This document shows, one piece after another, positions 36,361-49,390 of a stretch of 64,000 bases of DNA. Under the pieces are notes generated by a model. The model was not told the origin of the DNA, ran no database searches, and was given only the letters and a program-made list of their open reading frames with translations. The stretch's first letter is position 1. Every line of letters begins with the position of its first letter. The position numbers were made by a program, and so were the translations under genes. This DNA comes from Octopus bimaculoides (lineage: Eukaryota). The stretch lies in contig NC_068981.1 of the NCBI RefSeq assembly GCF_001194135.2, positions 2,942,676 through 3,006,675 of the forward strand, in the 5' to 3' direction.

Positions 36361-39300
36361 CAATTTTTTATAGATATCTATTCTGATATAAAACTACAGA
36401 AGATAAAACTTCAAATAACATAGTTGTAAGTAGTATGTTGGTTGGCTCTCTCTCTCCGTAAACTGCCAGTTGATGTGTTAGCAATGGGCTCTTCTAACAA
36501 GCTGAATGAAAACATTCTAGATTCATTCATTTTTCAAGAACTAACGTACACAACTACCTTCCTTGATCTACAAGAACATTCGGATACCAAACCAAAAATA
36601 GGTGATTGATCCGCTTTGATTAGTTCGTTGCCGCAGTTATCGCTAGGGTAAGCAATTAAATAAGAATCATTATGCCAACTCTTGTAAATTCCGAAAGTGC
36701 ATCTGTTAGATTATGTGTACTGTAGAGGCACGTTTGGGCGAGTGTACATAAGCAGGTTTGAGAGAGAGAAAGTGTATGTGTGTACGTACACATAAATATA
36801 CACACATATGTATAGACAGTGTTTGTTTTTAAGTACAGTTACATAAAAAGTCAAACATTTACTGAAAGATCACTCAATACGTTTGAGTATATATTTTATT
36901 GTCTATAAATAAAAAAGTTGACAGTGACTTCGGAGTTTCAACAACTGCCCTCGCCAGACAGCAAGATAAAGGAGATTAAGCTGAAACTTCGAAGTCATTG
37001 TCGGATTTAGATGAAAAGAGACCCTAGGCTTTTTCACTTACAAGGTCGTTACCAAAAGGCCCGTGATGGTGACAAAAGTATTGTACACCCTGGCTGAGGC
37101 ACCTAAAATTTGAGGTCATAGGCGCCAGCCTGTCAACCTTTTCCTTGTACAAATCATTTATATATATATATATATATTATTGGGGGAGGACATATTGTCA
37201 TTTTGGATATGTTGCATTGAAAACATGATATTATTATTATTATTTTATTATCCATGCTTCTAGACTTTCAACTAGATGAGACGAGAAACAAACTTTAATG
37301 TTTCTCGCAAACTGCTAGGAACTCAGGAAAATGTGAAAAACACTTAGATGAAAAGATAACACTAGAAAACAATCCTGTTCTCAATACAACATACACGTGT
37401 GTGTGTGTGTACACACATACACACGTACATGCTAAACATTATTAAGACGGCAGATGCGATTTACACTTCACTAAATTCAAATAGAAAACCCGTAACAGAT
37501 ACCGGCTGAATAATCCAACAGTTGATAGATCCATTGGTAGATCTAAATAATAACTGACATTACAAGAGAGACAGAGAGAGAAGGAGAGAGACTGACACAG
37601 ACAGATGAAAGAGAGATGGACAGATATAAGGAAAGAGAACAGAGAGAGAGGTTCATTAAATGGGAGTGGTGGTATGTCATTAACATACGTGCCTACATCC
37701 GAGTACCTTTCAAAAAAAAAAAAGGTAGAAGGGAATAAAAAAGATAAAGAATGGATGGGGGGGGAGATAAAACAGTGATAAGATAAGGAAAGGTCGGGAA
37801 GAAAAAAGGAGAGAGAGCTTAAAAAGAAAAAATTGGCTGAGAAATTGGCAGAGTGGGTGTGAGAAAAGAAAGAAACTGTCGGTCTGAGAGGAGAAATAGA
37901 TGGTGTTGGGAGCGAAGATGAAGAATAGATCAGATGGACAGAAAGATGGAGAGGAGAAACTGTTATATTTTCACGTCTTATTCGTTGGATAGGAAGGAAA
38001 TCGAACTGGGCAAATATCAAAGAAATAATAAATAAAACCAAAGAAATGGAATTTAATTCCATTGAGATGAACTAATTTCTAATACGTTGATCTATCATCA
38101 TAGTTTTTTTTGTGTGTGTTTTGTTTATTTTTTACAAGCACGAATCATGCCAATACATTCATGAGTGGAGAATGGGTGAGAGAACGGTGAAGGCGGTTGT
38201 GGAACTTGAAAATTCGATTTTACCAATGATGGGGAGTGAAGGAAGAGAGGAAAGGGGTGGAAAATCTATATGTGGAAATGAATGTTCATTCACAAAAGAA
38301 GGGAAAAAATGATTAGTAGCTTGCATGCTCCGAGTCAATAGAATTTTTGATAAGGCTGTTTGTAACGTTTCGACTAGTGTACACAATAGCCACGTGTAGG
38401 TTTCAGAGACATATGTAGGTGTGTGTGACAGTGAAATGTATACGGTTGGCTTATATTCAGTTGTGTTTTGAGGGTTTTTTTTAATCTATAAATGAAGTAC
38501 ATATTCTTGGTTATTAAGACCTTAAGTGAGGGGCATTTAGTTTAACGACTGGCATGGTGGAATCTAGAAATAAATCTACTACAAAGACAGAAGGTCTATT
38601 GAAAATGAACAAAAAGAAACGAAAATGCCTTCAGTTTAGCTAAAAAAAAATTAAGAGTTAAACACAGAACAAAATGTAAGATCGCGTTTGCAAAACGACT
38701 AAGTTTTCAGCGGAAAAGTGAAAGAATTTTTAGCATTTTATCTCGGTATTTCTTTTAATTACACCATCTTTACAACGAATTGTTAAACTGGGGAGTAAAA
38801 CAAAGTCCTTTAAATTTAGTCTGTTAAATTTTGTTTTCTAATTCTGTAAGACTGAAAACTGTTGGAATTTTCTACATGTTTCCTTACAAATTGCTTTCTT
38901 ATATGGAATCTAATTGTAAAAGAAATATTGAACAGGATTCGATTTTTAAGAATGTTTAAAGAATGGATATAGAAAATGGGCAGTTTCGGACGTATTCAAA
39001 CTTTGGGTGCTGTTATTTATTTTATTTTTGACAGCCAATTCGACTGAATCGGTTGTTTCGAAGTTCTGTGGGCTTTCATGACAGTCTTCACAAATATTCT
39101 TCAGACGAGAAAAACTTCTTTAAACTATTATTACATCTTATAAAACATCAACACGAAAATATTGAATTCCCTATTTCCCTGATCCAGCAGTTAAAAAAAA
39201 AACAGTCAAAGAGAATTCCTTTTTTTTGCTTGTAAATATTCCCGCCGCGAATATAAACCACGATGAATCCTGAACCATTTTGTAACTGTTACACAAAACT

Positions 39301-39625
39301 AAGTCTTAAACATACTTAAAAAATTCCTCAGTGTGAACAATTATTTTCGACCACGTCCCACGGAAGTTAATAGCTCTACTAACAGATAAGGTCTGCAATT
39401 AAACGACGAATTCCAAGATTTATTTCTGATAGTAGATTATTTGGGTATTTCCATTTTACTCTGATTCCTGTAAACTTCGTCACGGCCTAACCTTTCGTTC
39501 CAAAACAGGCAAAACTATTTATGACCTTTACAATAACAAAAATTTGGGAAATGAGTACAAAAAAAATGTTTATTTTTGCTACCCAAGAGGAATCAAGATA
39601 GCATTTGACTTATTTCATACATCCA

Positions 39626-39658
<33 letters not shown>

Positions 39659-40789
39659 CTTCTCTCACACTTTTAACTCAGTTACCATGCTAACTTAGGA
39701 AAGAAGCAATTTCAAATATTACAGTGAAGTAAACGGAAGGAAGAATCTCTCTCTGCTCTGTCTATATTCCATTTTCCGCCGATTCTTCTAATAATTAGAT
39801 GACAGCCGACTTCACATAGATGTGCGCCGAACACACCACCGAACCATGAATTTAATACATTGAAGCCAATGGCGTTGGGAACAAACATCAAAGTGACTGG
39901 CTCTGGGAACCACAAGAAAAAGATGAAATATGCAACATAATAAAGTCTGGTGGACGAAATACGAAAACATTCCTAAGTTTATGGCAGTAAAGGAAACCTT
40001 AATAAACGTTCATGCTGGTTAATTAATCCGGTTTTAATTTGAAGGGGTAATAAAGGATGGTAAATAGCAAGAGTATCACATAACACTAATTGTAAATAAC
40101 ATTATTTCTCAAAAAGAGAAATAAAAGTATTTGATTCGTGTGACATATGTGATGATAATTATTATATTAAAAAGACTAACAGAGCACCCAGTTATGAAAA
40201 AAAGAAGCTCAGTAGCTTTTTTTGTTTGTTTTTTAAACATTCGACAGGTATGTTCATCCCACTACAACACGGAAGACTTACGATTACATCGATAAATCGA
40301 TAATGAAACAACAATAATACATTACTAACAGGGTTTGGCTATGAATGAGCAAACGACCAGCTAACTACCTCGCATCATCACTATCACCATCATCATCACC
40401 ATCACCATCAAAAACAACAACATCATTCCAAGCTGCGTCGAAGAGAGAAGCAAGCTGGAAATAAATACAAACATATGTCTGCAACTTGTGTTCTTAAAAA
40501 ACTCTACACACACATGTTGGTTTCGGTGGGGGGGGGGGTGAAAATAAACGACTGTACGAATTATAACATTTGGCCAACTTGACATTTTTTAAAATTTTTT
40601 TATCCTTACATCAACCCCTTTCTACAAACAGCACCTCCGCCCCCATCAACTGTCAAACAGTGAAATTCCTCGAGGCGGGAGAGAAAGATGGGAATGTAGG
40701 TCTACGTGTAACCCTATTAGTTTACAATACACACACACACAATATTTATTATATATATATATGTATATGTCTGTGTGTGTGTGTGTGTG

Positions 40790-40798
40790 TGTATGTAC

Positions 40799-40881
<83 letters not shown>

Positions 40882-40885
40882 CACA
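40790..40885. repeat. (TG)/(TA)n compound microsatellite
   Basis: Seen directly. Confidence 0.95.
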
Positions 40886-42053
40886 CGCACAACAGCTATG
40901 TGTGACCGTTTCAAACGGCTGTATGCAGCAGACGTGCCCTGAAAGATCTATATGCACAAACTAGAAACAAACAAACAAACAGACAGACATTGTTTATGTC
41001 ACATGGGATAAATGAAATGTAGCAAATAACATCCATTCACACATTCGTGTGGGAGTATGAGACAAAACGAAGTTACTCGAACAACAAAAGGATTTTTTTA
41101 AATATCTTTTTTTTCCAGTCCTGAATTTGAAATTAAATTCGTTGGAATTTATAGTATAGCGAGGATTAATGCTAACAATAGCCATACATATATATATTGG
41201 AATAGAAAGAAGGAAAAACCGAGGGTGCTTGTTAAATGTAAATTGGTAACCAAGTGTTGCAGATGAGAAGGAAAGATAGTTTATCTTCAGCTAATTCTTC
41301 AGTAATAAATATATTTATTCAGTGGTGAGGAGAGAATGAAAACACTCGACACATTACAAATAAGTTAATGATTCTGTTATTTCATTCATTAATTAATCTC
41401 CAACTAAATGGAATTCGGTAAATATGTATGGAAACAAAATAGCATCAAACTTAGATTTTTTTGAAAATAAACTAGCAGAAAGGCTCGTTTCTCCCAAATG
41501 GTTTTAATTTGATTCCAGATCTCATTTAAATGTTTCACGTTTGTCAACGTTAATTACATTACATGATAGTATGTGTGTGTGTGTGTGTGTACTTGTGTAT
41601 TGGGAGAGTAAAAACAGCTTATTTGACTAAAAAAATTCCATTGTTACAAGTGTTTTAAATAAGCTTATGTTTTTGCTGTAATCAGCGATGTTAGAAAGAG
41701 AGAAAGAGAGAGAATAGTGAGCATGTACGGCCAGGCCAATGTGACCACCACCTTGTACTCATCATGTCTTTTACAGAAAAATATCAGACCAAAATTGGGA
41801 TGGTGCATAGCTGTTGAAACATTTTACTCTATTATAAACTGATGTTTTAGTTAAGTCTACTTTTCTTATTCTTTACCTCAAGTGTGGCAATGGAACCGTA
41901 AAAAAAAAAAAGAGGAAAAACTTCCTTCTTTAATTCCTTCATCTCCTCACTCACCAACATCAGCAGAAGAACTGAGATTGAAGAAATGCAAAATAAAATT
42001 GTTGACATTCATGGTTTTAATAAAATTATATAAATGGACACATGCAAGAACAA

Positions 42054-42086
<33 letters not shown>

Positions 42087-42153
42087 CAGAAGAACCCACA
42101 TGCATGTTACTACAGTTTACATTTTTAAAATCAAAACTTAGTTCATTTTTGAA

Positions 42154-42195
<42 letters not shown>

Positions 42196-44678
42196 TCTCA
42201 CACACACACAAATTGATTTTCTTACCTTATGTTGTTTCCAGATAAAATTTTTCTTTGGACAGTTTTGTAAATGTAGAAAAGAAACCTTGTAGCCAAAATT
42301 CGGTGAATTTGTGTATATAGGAACTGTCTATATATACTATCATAAATATAGTATTACAACACTATACACATCTTGTCAGATAAATTTTGGTTAAGCAGGA
42401 GAGGGAGAGAGAGAGAGAAGTAAGGATGGAACAGAGAGAGAGAGAGAAAGATGGAACTAGAGAGGAGTAGAGAGATAGGAGTTGGATTAGAGAGGGTGAG
42501 AGAGAGATGGGTGGAACAGGAGAGAGAGAAGAGAGGCCGAGAAGTAGGGATGGAGCGAAAGTTAGAAAGAGAGAAGTTACATTTCACAGCAGCTTCTGCT
42601 TTCTAAATCTGGGAATTTGTTCCAGTGACGAGGCACGATCTCTTGCCTCTGCTACAAAAACACAAACAAATGGATTGATTGAAGTTTTCATGTAGAATCA
42701 ATGAAACTTGATGATGGTCATTGGTCGGTAAACTCGGATGAGAAGAGGCGCACATTCACCCGCCTTGTCTATTCATCAATTAACTTTCTTTCTCTCTTTT
42801 TTTTTTTCTGATGATGTGAAATAGTAGTAGTAGTTGGTAGTGAGTTTTATACTCACTAACCTACATCTGTGGGAAGTGTACAGCATCCAAACCACACTCT
42901 ACTGTTAAGACGATAAACCAGACTATGTAGCAACCGGAAGTAATGTAAACGTCATAAAGCGACATGTTTTATACGGACCATTACGGAATGTACCGAATTC
43001 AACCGACCATATCTGGTCTAAAAAAAAATCTTGCGGCAAATTGTTGGGCACATCTAGTACTTTACATTTCTATATTTCAATATGTTAGATTATATAGGAG
43101 GACTTGTTGCTTGCTGAACTGATATATCTGAACCTAAATATTAAGACTTTTGCTATAAGCATTTTCTAAAGTTAGACTAAGTTTTGTAGCTGTAAAAATA
43201 ACCAAATTACTTCCAGCCCTACAGAAAACCGGTTTGAATTCATGTAATATGGAAATTTGAAAACTACAGTAACATGTAAATCACAAGGATTTAAATGTTC
43301 AACGAATTACCTATGCCCAAGCAGGAAACAGGTTCTTTCCTGGAATGTTTCAATCAAAATTCTTTCTCAGAATTAGTCAATGAGAAGAAAGAAAGGCAAA
43401 GTCAAGCCTGATAGATTTCATTTCACAATATAGAGGTACACGGCTATGTCACAATTTCAATGAGCCATTAGACCAGGAGTTCTCAACTATTTTTTATCTA
43501 TGGACCCCTTTGATTAACTTTGTATTCTGGTGGACCCCCCCCCCNNNNNNNNNNNNNNNNNNNNNNNNNNNNNNNNNNNNNNNNNNNNNNNNNNNNNNNN
43601 NNNNNNNNNNGAGTTATTCAATGTTTAAAAACTAATATTATAGAAACCGCTTTCAAAATTCCTGTTTTGTTTGTCACATATTAAACTTGTGTAGAGTGAA
43701 CTGTCTCCTTTATTTGTTTCAGTCATTTGAGTGCGGCCATGCTGGAGCACCGCCTTTAGTCGAACAAATCGACCCCAGAACTTATTCTTTGTAAGCCTAG
43801 TACTTATTCTATCAGTCCATTTTGCCGAACTGCTAGATTACAGGGACATAAACACACCAGCATCAGTTGTCAAGCGAAGGTGGGGGGACAAACACGGACA
43901 CACAAACATACATATATATATTCGATGGGCTTCTTTCAGTTTCTGTCTACTAAATCGACTCATAAGGCTTTGGTTGGCCCGAATTTGAACTCAGAACGAA
44001 ATACGGCTCAGCATCTCACCCAGCATGCTAACAACTCTGCCAGCTCACCAGCCTTACTTGAAAATGATATTGGTTTGCATTAATTAAATTAAATTAAATT
44101 AATTAAATTAAATGATATTGGTTTGCATTAATTAAACACAAAGTTCCCTTTTCTAAAGTAACTGGCATTCTATTGGTCGTGATGGTGAGTGATCCAGTTT
44201 ATTCGATCAACAGAACAGCCTGCTCATAAAATTAATGCACAAGTAGTTGAGCACTCCACAGACACATAGTCCTCAGGGAGATTCAGTGTGACACAGAATG
44301 TAACAAGGCTCATTTTTGCCAGCTGAGTGAACTGCAACAAAATTAAATAAAGTGTCTTGCTCAAGGCCACAATGCACTGCTGGGAGTTGAAATCACACCC
44401 TTTTGATCACAAGCTGAATACTGTAACCAGTAAGCTACATGCCTCCACTTTTGTAAAGTAAGAGAAACAGGGGCCTGACAATCTCTGATAACCTTTTGTG
44501 GTGAGCAGACATCTACACTGCAAAAGTTTGACTTCTTTTAAACCAGAAAATGCCTCTGCTCAGAATAGTTAATGACTTTCCAGAAGTGAACTTCACTGCT
44601 AAAATGTTTATTTACATAGAATGGTGCAGCTGCATCACATAATCATTCTGGAGTATCAAAACTATTCACCATGATCAG

Positions 44679-45124
44679 TATTGTTATTGTCATTGCCTTT
44701 GCACAGCTTCTAACTCTGGAGATGTACTACGGCACCAGCTGTTCACTACCAGTGAACTAAAGTTCCACTTCTTATTTTTTGAGCACCTTCCCGAGTATTC
44801 GAGCAGTTACAAGCAGAGCTGTTTTCTGCAAGTGCTCCACCCTTATTGCATATTTGTTCCACATACTTCTCAAGATTTTTGCTCACTGTTCTCGGGCTCC
44901 AACAATTATTGGTACTACTACCACCTTTTTCATCAACCACAACTGCTTAACTTCCCAAGCTAACCTGTCATATCTCTCGACTTTTCTTTCTTCCTTATCG
45001 CATACCTTGTTGTCAGCTGGGCATGCTATATCTATGATCCAGCACAGTTTGTTTTCTTTCTCAATTAAGACTATGTCTGGTTTCCTATTCTCTATTTCAT
45101 GGTCACACTGAATCATAAAATCCC
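44679..45124 (-). mobile_element. 5'-truncated R4/Dong-like non-LTR retrotransposon (restriction-like endonuclease C-terminus plus 3' UTR), frameshifted
   Basis: Translation WDFMIQCDHEIENRKPDIVLIEKENKLCWIIDIACPADNKVCDKEERKVERYDRLAWEVKQLW..VVPIIVGA / RTVSKNLEKYVEQI / AIRVEHLQKTALLVTARILGKVLKK* (44772-45124). It has the PD..D..K RLE motif and the LQKTALLxTARIL end typical of R4-clade ORFs. Confidence 0.85.
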
Positions 45125-45130
45125 ATGTTG

Positions 45131-45133
<3 letters not shown>

Positions 45134-45179
<46 letters not shown>

Positions 45180-45196
45180 CATTATTATTATTATTA
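45134..45196. repeat. (ATT/TAA)n microsatellite abutting the RLE LINE 5' junction
   Basis: Seen directly. Confidence 0.95.
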
Positions 45197-45214
45197 CCAC
45201 TACTACTACTAAAG

Positions 45215-45430
45215 CAGCAAGCTGGCAGAATCATTAGCATGCTGGGCAAAATGCTTAGCAAATTGCCTGTCGTTAAGTTCTGAGTTCAAATACCTCCAAG
45301 GTCAACTTCGCCTTTCATCATTCTGGAGTCAATAGATTAAGGACCAGTCGAGCACTGGAGTTAATGTAACCAACTAGCCCTCTTCCCCAAATTTCAGGCC
45401 TTGTGCTTAATAGTAGAAAGGATTATTATT
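45215..45430 (+). mobile_element. Meta-like SINE (family C)
   Basis: GCAAGCTGGCAGAA head, GAGTTCAAAT B-box, TTCGCCTTTCATC domain, (ATT)n tail. Confidence 0.7.
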
Positions 45431-46534
45431 ATTATTACTACAGGGTTACTCATCATATCCTGAGTAACTTTCGAAGTATACTTTGGCAAATATGGGTAAT
45501 TAGATAAAAATCAAATTAGATTTAGTGTATTATCCTTTTATTCTTTTACTTGTTTCAGTCATTTAACTGCGGCCATGCTGGAGCACTGCTAAGTTACGGA
45601 GACGTAAAAACACCAGCATCGATTGTCAAGTGATATTGGGGGGACAAACACAGATATACACACACACACATACACACATATACATATATATGTACAATGG
45701 ACTTCTTTCAGTTTCTGTCTACCAAATCTGCTCACAAGGTGGCCCAAGGCTATATTAGAAGAACTTGCCCAAGGTGCCACACAGTGAGACTGAACCTGGA
45801 CTCATGTGGTTGGTAAACAAGCTAATTATCACACAGCCACTCCTGCGCCTATCATCATCATTTTTTTAATGGAATTTATAGGGGTATCTCTTCTATGGCA
45901 GGAACCCTTCCTGTCACCAAGGTGTCATTTCCCCAAGACCAGACGTTTTCAAGAAAGACTGGAAACAAAAGACACTGTTTGCCTGACAGCAACACTCACA
46001 ACAGTTAGATGATGTCAAGGCAAAGAGACAGTAACACACACACACAAACAGGCAAAAATTTATAGAAAGAGAGATAGAGAATTCAGGTAGTAATATGTCT
46101 GATGACGTAAGGTAAATAGGCACATAAAATTAAAAGTCCATATTGAACTTCAACAAAAAAACAAGGATGTTTTAACTGCCAAGCGATTGGCTACAGGCAG
46201 TTTATCTATTGTGCAGGAACATGTACAATAGAATTAAAGAATAAACAAGCAAACAAGTAGTATCAGGTCAGAATGTGACACATATATATAAATATGAAGG
46301 TTAACTTGTTACCAGAGTATGGGCCACAAAACAGGAAGTAGGAGACTATAGGTATACCTTCTTTCTTCTTTATACTTTTAGTTTAATATANNNNNNNNNN
46401 NNNNNNNNNNNNNNNNNNNNNNNNNNNNNNNNNNNNNNNNNNNNNNNNNNNNNNNNNNNNNNNNNNNNNNNNNNNNNNNNNNNNNNNNNNNNNNNNNNNN
46501 NNNNNNNNNNNNNATATATATATATATATATATA

Positions 46535-46635
46535 TATAAGGCAAATAAGAAAATGGAGAAGATATAAAATCAACAAGCATCAGCCAGTAAACATTGTCGA
46601 TTTTATATCCTCTCCATTTTCTTATTTGCTTTATA
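46535..46635. repeat. Hairpin/MITE, 42-bp arms, 17-nt spacer, beside a (TA)n run
   Basis: TATAAGGCAAATAAGAAAATGGAGAAGATATAAAATCAACAA pairs with 46594-46635 with 3 mismatches. Confidence 0.88.
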
Positions 46636-46786
46636 AATCCTGGGTAAATTTCCAATTTACCCCCACCCATACCTATTGCCATGCAATAGTAAGCACTTGG
46701 ATAAAAATATGTAAGGTACACATCCAGTAGTATATTGGTTATTTAATATCCCTTAGATGGTTTCTGAACCTCTAACTCATACAGAC

Positions 46787-46821
<35 letters not shown>

Positions 46822-46854
46822 TATGCACACATGCACACACACACAATTTGTGAA

Positions 46855-46997
46855 TTAATAAGGCTACCAATGGTTTCATGTAGAGAGAAATCTCTCAGCA
46901 ATTATCCAAGACAGACGTTCATACCAACATTCTCACATAGTAGGCTGGATTATTGTTGAGATTTCTCACTACATGAAACCATTGGTAACCCTGTTAA
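46855..46997. mobile_element. MITE with long imperfect TIRs bounded by TTAA
   Basis: ACCAATGGTTTCATGTAG(A/T)GAGAAATCTC arms; TTAA at both ends. Confidence 0.75.
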
Positions 46998-47064
46998 TCC
47001 ACAAATAAAGAATATTTATCCACCAATGTGGTGTTGAGCACTCATTCTCAATGTTTCATATTAG

Positions 47065-47107
<43 letters not shown>

Positions 47108-47456
47108 ATACATATATAGTACCTCCTGACTGGCCTTCGTGCTGGTGGCACGTAAAAGCACCCACTACACTCTCTGAGTGGTTGGCATTAGGAAGGACAT
47201 CCAGCTGTAGAAACTGCCAAATCAGATTGGAGCCTGGTGTAGCCATCTGGTTCACCAGTCCTCAGTCAAATCATCCAACCCATACTAGCGTGGAAAGCGG
47301 ACGTTAAACGATGATGATGATGATGATAATATATATACAATTTACAATAAATATAATTCACAAAAAATTAATTTGCGAAGGTGTTATTAATTCTATTATT
47401 ATCCAATGTAACTATTTTTAAAATGATAATAAGAGAATCGATGATAATAAATATCT

Positions 47457-47792
47457 TCATCATCATCATCATCATCATCATCGTTTAACATCCGCTTTCC
47501 CTGCTAGCATGGGTTGGACGATTTGACTGAGGACTGGTGAAACCGGATGGCTACACCAGGCTCTAATCTAATTTGGCAGAGTTTCTACAGCTGGATGCCG
47601 TTCCTAATGCCAACCACTCAGAGAGTGTAGTGGGTGCTTTTACGTGTCACCCGCACGAAGGCCAGTCAGGCAGTACTGGCAACGGTCGCACTCAAAATGG
47701 TGCATTTCATGTGCCACCTGCACAAGAGCCAGTCCAGGGGCACTGGCAACGATCTCGCTCGAAAATCCAACGAAGGCCAGTCAGGCGGTACT
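47457..47792 (-). mobile_element. Family B element running into a gap
   Basis: (CAT)n tail at left; reverse complement of the family B core. Confidence 0.8.
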
Positions 47793-49390
47793 NNNNNNNN
47801 NNNNNNNNNNNNNNNNNNNNNNNNNNNNNNNNNNNNNNNNNNNNNNNNNNNNNNNNNNNNNNNNNNNNNNNNNNNNNNNNNNNNNNNNNNNNNNNNNNNN
47901 NNNNNNNNNNNNNNNNNNNNNNNNNNNNNNNNNNNNNNNNNNNNNNNNNNNNNNNNNNNNNNNNNNNNNNNNNNNNNNNNNNNNNNNNNNNNNNNNNNNN
48001 NNNNNNNNNNNNNNNNNNNNNNNNNNNNNNNNNNNNNNNNNNNNNNNNNNNNNNNNNNNNNNNNNNNNNNNNNNNNNNNNNNNNNNNNNNNNNNNNNNNN
48101 NNNNNNNNNNNNNNNNNNNNNNNNNNNNNNNNNNNNNNNNNNNNNNNNNNNNNNNNNNNNNNNNNNNNNNNNNNNNNNNNNNNNNNNNNNNNNNNNNNNN
48201 NNNNNNNNNNNNNNNNNNNNNNNNNNNNNNNNNNNNNNNNNNNNNNNNNNNNNNNNNNNNNNNNNNNNNNNNNNNNNNNNNNNNNNNNNNNNNNNNNNNN
48301 NNNNNNNNNNNNNNNNNNNNNNNNNNNNNNNNNNNNNNNNNNNNNNNNNNNNNNNNNNNNNNNNNNNNNNNNNNNNNNNNNNNNNNNNNNNNNNNNNNNN
48401 NNNNNNNNNNNNNNATATATATATATATATATATATATACAGTCTCTGAGTGGTTGGCGTTAGGAAGGGCATCCAGCTGTAGAAACTCTGCCAAATCAGA
48501 CTGGAGCCTGGTGTTGCCATCCGGTTTCACCAGTCCTCAGTCAAATCGTCCAACCCATGCTAGCATGGAAAGCGGACGTTAAACGATGATGATGATGATG
48601 ATGATACAGTAAACTTCTTTCAATTTCTTTCTACCAGATCCACTCGCAAGGCCTTGGTCAGCCCAGGGCTATAGAAGAAAACACTTGCTCAAGGTGCCAT
48701 GCAGTGAAATTGAACCTGGATAAACGAACTTCTTACCACACAGCCATCATTATAATCATCATCATCATTAACCTAGGAACATCCATTTTTCCCAAACTGA
48801 CCAGTTCTGTATAAAATATTGCCACTTGTCTCAATCCTGTCATAACTTGTCTGTGTTGGGTGACATTCCAAGATTTAAGATTAATCTTAGTCTTTTACAG
48901 CACATTTAACCTCCGCCAACATCACACGACACTTTTTCATCCTTATCCTTCATGACCCATTTATATCCACAAATGTGGCAGAGTAATTTGCTTAGAAGCT
49001 ACAAACCTAAGTGCAAAATTTTTTTTTTCAAATAAGATCCATTTTCCCAATCTTAATATCAAAACAAACTCAAGCGTAATAAAAACCCTCTTTCTCCCAC
49101 AGCTTGCTACTCTGTCCAGGAGTCTCTCTGCTTTTGTTTCTGCTCTCATGATGGGACAGTTCCAGCATGACTCAGTGGGTTTTGTATTTTTGGGTGGGGT
49201 AGGGGTTAATAAAACATATAAATCCATACAAACCACACCCAATTAATATATAACTTTTCAGATATCTACATTTACAAACTGTTTGTATCGTATTTTAACA
49301 GTGATAGCAAACCAGGGGTTAATATCACAGTCACTGCTTCCTGCAGAAACCCCTTTGTTATACTGCCTCAGATATTGTGGAATAAGCCCA

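Noticed and set aside
37442-38062. 206-aa minus-strand ORF rich in Leu/Ser/Phe
   Set aside because: It is the antisense of a GA-rich low-complexity tract, where a pyrimidine-rich strand is depleted of stop codons.
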